Origin: Desulfobacterales bacterium
GTDB lineage: Bacteria > Desulfobacterota > Desulfobacteria > Desulfobacterales > Desulfobacteraceae
Assembly: GCA_031395015.1 (NCBI GenBank)
Contig: JANNUH010000006.1
Span: forward strand, 13,082 to 37,081
Reading direction: 5' to 3'
DNA length: 24,000 nt
In this document: in pieces, positions 21,103 through 24,000 of the stretch
Layout of the letters: each line of letters starts with the position of its first letter
How positions within the stretch are numbered: position 1 is the first letter of the stretch
Translations under genes and position numbers: made by a program
Notes under the pieces: generated by a model
The model's input: only the letters and a program-made list of their open reading frames with translations
Told to the model about the DNA's origin: nothing
The model's database searches: none

Positions 21103-24000
21103 TTATCGTTGTAATGTAAAATAGAATTTGGCGCCTTTGCCCGGCTCTGCCTCAGCCCAGGTCCGTCCGCCGTGCCGAAGGATGATTCTGCGGACATTGG
21201 CCAGCCCGATGCCGGTTCCTTCATAGTCTGCGGCGGAATGCAGCCGTTGAAATACACCAAAGAGCTTGTGAGCATATTGCATATCAAATCCTGCGCCGTT
21301 ATCATGGACAAAAAATATATAATCTTTTTTTTCTTCTGTAAACCCGATTTCTATCTTTGCACGGTCTTTATTTTTTGTGAATTTGACGGCATTGTCCAGT
21401 AGATTGATCCACACCAGTTTTAATAAGGCCGGATCACCTGAAACCACCGGCAGTTCAGTGGTTTCCCATTGGATGACACGTTCCGGATGATTCTGAATGA
21501 CGGTGTTGAGGGCTTCCTTGAAAAGATCATTCATATTGATCAAGGTTTTGCGCATTTCCTGTCGTCCGGTTCTGGAGAACTTCAGCAGGGAATCGATCAA
21601 TTCGCCCATTTCAGTGGCGGAATCCACAATATTTTTAAAATAGTGACGCCCTTTTTCCGGAAGGACTTCGGGGAGGCGATCGACCAGGAGATTGATATAC
21701 CCGTTGATATGCCGGAGCGGGGCCCGCAAATCATGGGAAACCGAATAGGTGAATGCCTCCAGCTCACTGTTGGCTGCTTCCAACTGATAGGTACGTTCAA
21801 TTACCCGCTGTTCAAGTTCGGCATTTAGCTTAAGCACTTCTGCCTCTGCTTTTTTGCGTTTGGTTATGTCTTCGACCACAGAAACAAAGTACTTCGGTGT
21901 CCCTGCCTCATTGCGCATAAGCCCGACTGTGAGATTGGCCCACACCAATGAGCGGTCTTTTCGGATATAACGTTTCTCCATCGAATAGGTCGAAATCTCC
22001 CCAGCCAGAATCTGCCGAACAAAAGATAGGTCGATGTCCAAGTCCTCTGGGTGCGTAATGTCTTGGAAACTACATTGCAGCAATTCTTCGCGCGTGCGCC
22101 CGACAATGACGCAGAGTTGTTGATTTACGAGCATCCAACTCCCGTCCAACCCCACCTGGGCGATGCCGACAGCAGCCTGCTCGAAGGTCGAGCGGAATCG
22201 TTCTTCGCTGGTTTTGAGATCTGCCTCGCTGATCCGCAAGGCTTCCAATGATTTTACCCGCTCTTTGTAATACCGCATCTGTTGTCGTCGTATGGCCAGC
22301 ATCAGACCTGTGCCGGGGAAGGCCATGAGGGCGCTGATGAAGAGAAAGGTTCGCCATAGCCTCTGCCGCAGAGGGGCATAAATTTCATCCTGATCCATGC
22401 GGGTTACGATGAACCAGGGGGAATCGGGAACCGCCCGCACAAAGCCGACTGCGGGGTCTCCTTTGTAATCCTTGCCTTCTACATAGCCGTTTTCCCCCAA
22501 TACGGCTTTTACTGCCAGGACCTTTGTCTCTGTCAGGGGAATGCGCAGATTGAGGGCTGTCTGTTGCTGAAAGCGGAGTTCATTGAGGAACAGGACATCC
22601 TCCTTATCTTGACGGACGAGAAGAATTTCAGCGGTTTTACTGGAAATGGGCCATTGCTTTAAAAAGGGGTAGAGGCTGAGGGCCGGATCGATCTCTAATA
22701 CCAGGATGCCTAGAGGGTGATTTATACTAGCGTCTGCATATATCGGTACCAGGAAGGCCAGACGGATTGTGTTTTCGATTGCATGGGAATGAAAGTCAAG
22801 AAACATTGTCTCACCTGAACTCAGGACTTTTGCAGCGTCCTGGATCAGGTGGGGCGCCAGGGGCTCCGATGCATGGGAAGAGGTGATCCGCTCCTGGCCA
22901 TTGATATCCATGAGAAAAACCCGGTCATATCGATATACCTTGTGAAGGCTGTCCAGCCAGGCCTGGAGCATATCGACAAAGGGCTTGTCCGTCGGGTTTT
23001 CAAGATAGGCTTGCACAAGGGCAGAAAAGCTTGGGCTGTTGCGCAGGAACTCGGCATCTCCCAATCGCTCCGATCGCCAATCCGTTAACCGGTTCACAGT
23101 CAAATCAGCCACGGCGGATAATTGATCCTCCACCTGGCTGCGGAAATGTTTTTCAAAATTGATATAGGAGAGATATCCGGCAGCCATGAGGGCAATGGCC
23201 AGCAGGCCGAAGATCAGGCCAAACAAGGCCTGGGAGGGCTTTGCCCGGTGATCTGCCGGCTGCATGGCATTCTCGTAGGACGCCAGCGCCTTTTTCAGGA
23301 AATCAAAGCGGAATATTGCCGCGGCGGCCAGCGCTGTCCCTGCGACCAGACTCGGAATGGTGGGGTTGAAACTCCCCGCCGGAAGGAGCTTGAAAAGGAT
23401 GAAGGCTGAAGCAATGACCGGGATGATGGCCGATGCAGACAGCAACACCGCCTGGAGCCGGTCGTGATTTGCCTTGCGCCGGGCCGTCAGCAGGAGAAGA
23501 ACGGAACCCGTCAGCATGGCCGCTTGTGTATAAAAAGTATGGATGAGATACCAGATTCCCGGAATGCGTGAGGAAATTTCAGCCATCCAGAAGGGGCCTT
23601 CCCTGTGGAACCCCACCTCCTGCTGCACCCACAGACCGTGGCGGCTGCTGGTTAAAACCATGGCACAGGTGATCAGAGGAACGACAAACAAGCCGACCCC
23701 CAGTTTCTTTGAAAGCCAGTGTCGCCGCCCGCTGTACTCAAGCACAAAGAGCAGCCAGAGCGGAGGAATTACGGCAAATCCCAGAAAGCGCGACTTGAAC
23801 CAGAAAAGGGATAGGGCCTCTGTAGAGACGGTCATGGACAGAGTTTCCCCCATTGAAATAAAACACAGGGCCAGGGCCAGCAAAAAATAATAGCCGGCTC
23901 CCGGCACTTCCCTCTGCCGCCAGGCCTGGAAGGCCAGGAATCCGGTCATACAAACGGCTGCCAGAATAATCCCGAAATATAGACCGGTCTGAAAACCCAT
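21103..24000 (-). CDS. Membrane sensor histidine kinase: N-terminal 7TM module (HisKA_7TM-like) - TM - Cache/PDC-like extracytoplasmic domain - TM - PAS - HisKA - HATPase_c
   Basis: 965-aa ORF whose ATG is the last triplet of the window (23998-24000). The N-terminus MGFQTGLYFGIILAAVCMTGFLAFQAWRQREVPGAGYYFLL looks like the usual start of the 7TM kinase module. The start is therefore probably genuine, although the ORF could extend beyond the window. A region of about 270 aa between TM helices (LIFGLLAIALMAAGYLSYI and FLFISALMAFPGTGLMLAI) ends in a Cache-like YKGDPAVGFVRAVPDSPWFIV. PAS domain; H-box VSHDLRAPLRHINGY; G-boxes HDNGAGF and GTGIGL. Confidence 0.9.
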   Translation of the reverse strand: MGFQTGLYFGIILAAVCMTGFLAFQAWRQREVPGAGYYFLLALALCFISMGETLSMTVSTEALSLFWFKSRFLGFAVIPPLWLLFVLEYSGRRHWLSKKLGVGLFVVPLITCAMVLTSSRHGLWVQQEVGFHREGPFWMAEISSRIPGIWYLIHTFYTQAAMLTGSVLLLLTARRKANHDRLQAVLLSASAIIPVIASAFILFKLLPAGSFNPTIPSLVAGTALAAAAIFRFDFLKKALASYENAMQPADHRAKPSQALFGLIFGLLAIALMAAGYLSYINFEKHFRSQVEDQLSAVADLTVNRLTDWRSERLGDAEFLRNSPSFSALVQAYLENPTDKPFVDMLQAWLDSLHKVYRYDRVFLMDINGQERITSSHASEPLAPHLIQDAAKVLSSGETMFLDFHSHAIENTIRLAFLVPIYADASINHPLGILVLEIDPALSLYPFLKQWPISSKTAEILLVRQDKEDVLFLNELRFQQQTALNLRIPLTETKVLAVKAVLGENGYVEGKDYKGDPAVGFVRAVPDSPWFIVTRMDQDEIYAPLRQRLWRTFLFISALMAFPGTGLMLAIRRQQMRYYKERVKSLEALRISEADLKTSEERFRSTFEQAAVGIAQVGLDGSWMLVNQQLCVIVGRTREELLQCSFQDITHPEDLDIDLSFVRQILAGEISTYSMEKRYIRKDRSLVWANLTVGLMRNEAGTPKYFVSVVEDITKRKKAEAEVLKLNAELEQRVIERTYQLEAANSELEAFTYSVSHDLRAPLRHINGYINLLVDRLPEVLPEKGRHYFKNIVDSATEMGELIDSLLKFSRTGRQEMRKTLINMNDLFKEALNTVIQNHPERVIQWETTELPVVSGDPALLKLVWINLLDNAVKFTKNKDRAKIEIGFTEEKKDYIFFVHDNGAGFDMQYAHKLFGVFQRLHSAADYEGTGIGLANVRRIILRHGGRTWAEAEPGKGAKFYFTLQR

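Noticed and set aside
21087-21311. 74-aa minus-strand ORF overlapping the 3' end of the 7TM kinase gene
   Set aside because: It is out of frame within the HATPase-coding region of a well-supported gene. It has no SD or recognisable motif.
1-24000. Search for tRNA, rRNA, CRISPR arrays, integrases, transposases, toxin-antitoxin or defence-system genes
   Set aside because: Non-coding intervals are short (the longest are 264 and 154 bp) and show no cloverleaf-like or repeat-spacer structure. No protein in the window has nuclease, integrase or transposase motifs that I could recognise.

Overview
Bacterial chromosomal window. The protein families resemble a sulfate-reducer-type deltaproteobacterium, but that taxonomy is a guess without a database search. 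I support 18 protein-coding genes. I recognised no rRNA, tRNA, CRISPR array, transposase or integrase. All domain calls rest on motifs read by eye; no HMM or BLAST search was possible.

Left third (1-7.9 kb): a solute-binding-domain hybrid histidine kinase cut by the window edge. It is missing from the supplied ORF track and was recovered by a manual frame check. It is followed by ordinary genes: an iron-sulfur-flavoprotein-like protein, GTP-type PEP carboxykinase, a PHP phosphoesterase, a PNPOx-family flavoprotein and a receiver-histidine kinase.

Right two thirds (7.9-24 kb): eleven consecutive minus-strand signalling genes separated by tiny gaps or overlaps. In transcription order they are: 7TM/Cache/PAS kinase, CheY-like RR, REC-PAS3-HK-REC, RsbR, RsbS, RsbT, RsbT-like/PP2C phosphatase, RsbT-like/HK-REC-REC, REC-PAS-HK-REC, REC-coiled-coil RR, and pseudo-receiver/FapA (DUF342).

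Points worth follow-up:
(i) A stressosome (RsbRST) cassette has no sigma-B partner-switch genes. Its apparent output is a sensor-less hybrid kinase, and the RsbT fold occurs three times in a row.
(ii) A 1.14-kb direct repeat (about 89% aa identity, no indels) covers exactly the HisKA-HATPase-REC module of two kinases that bracket the stressosome cassette.
(iii) G+C rises sharply, coincident with the repeat-bounded block.
(iv) The last two genes share a reading frame and are separated by a single TAA. The FapA gene has no canonical start codon that would include strand beta-1 of its receiver; ATT with a well-spaced AAGGA is the best candidate.
(v) That receiver has lost every phosphorylation residue.
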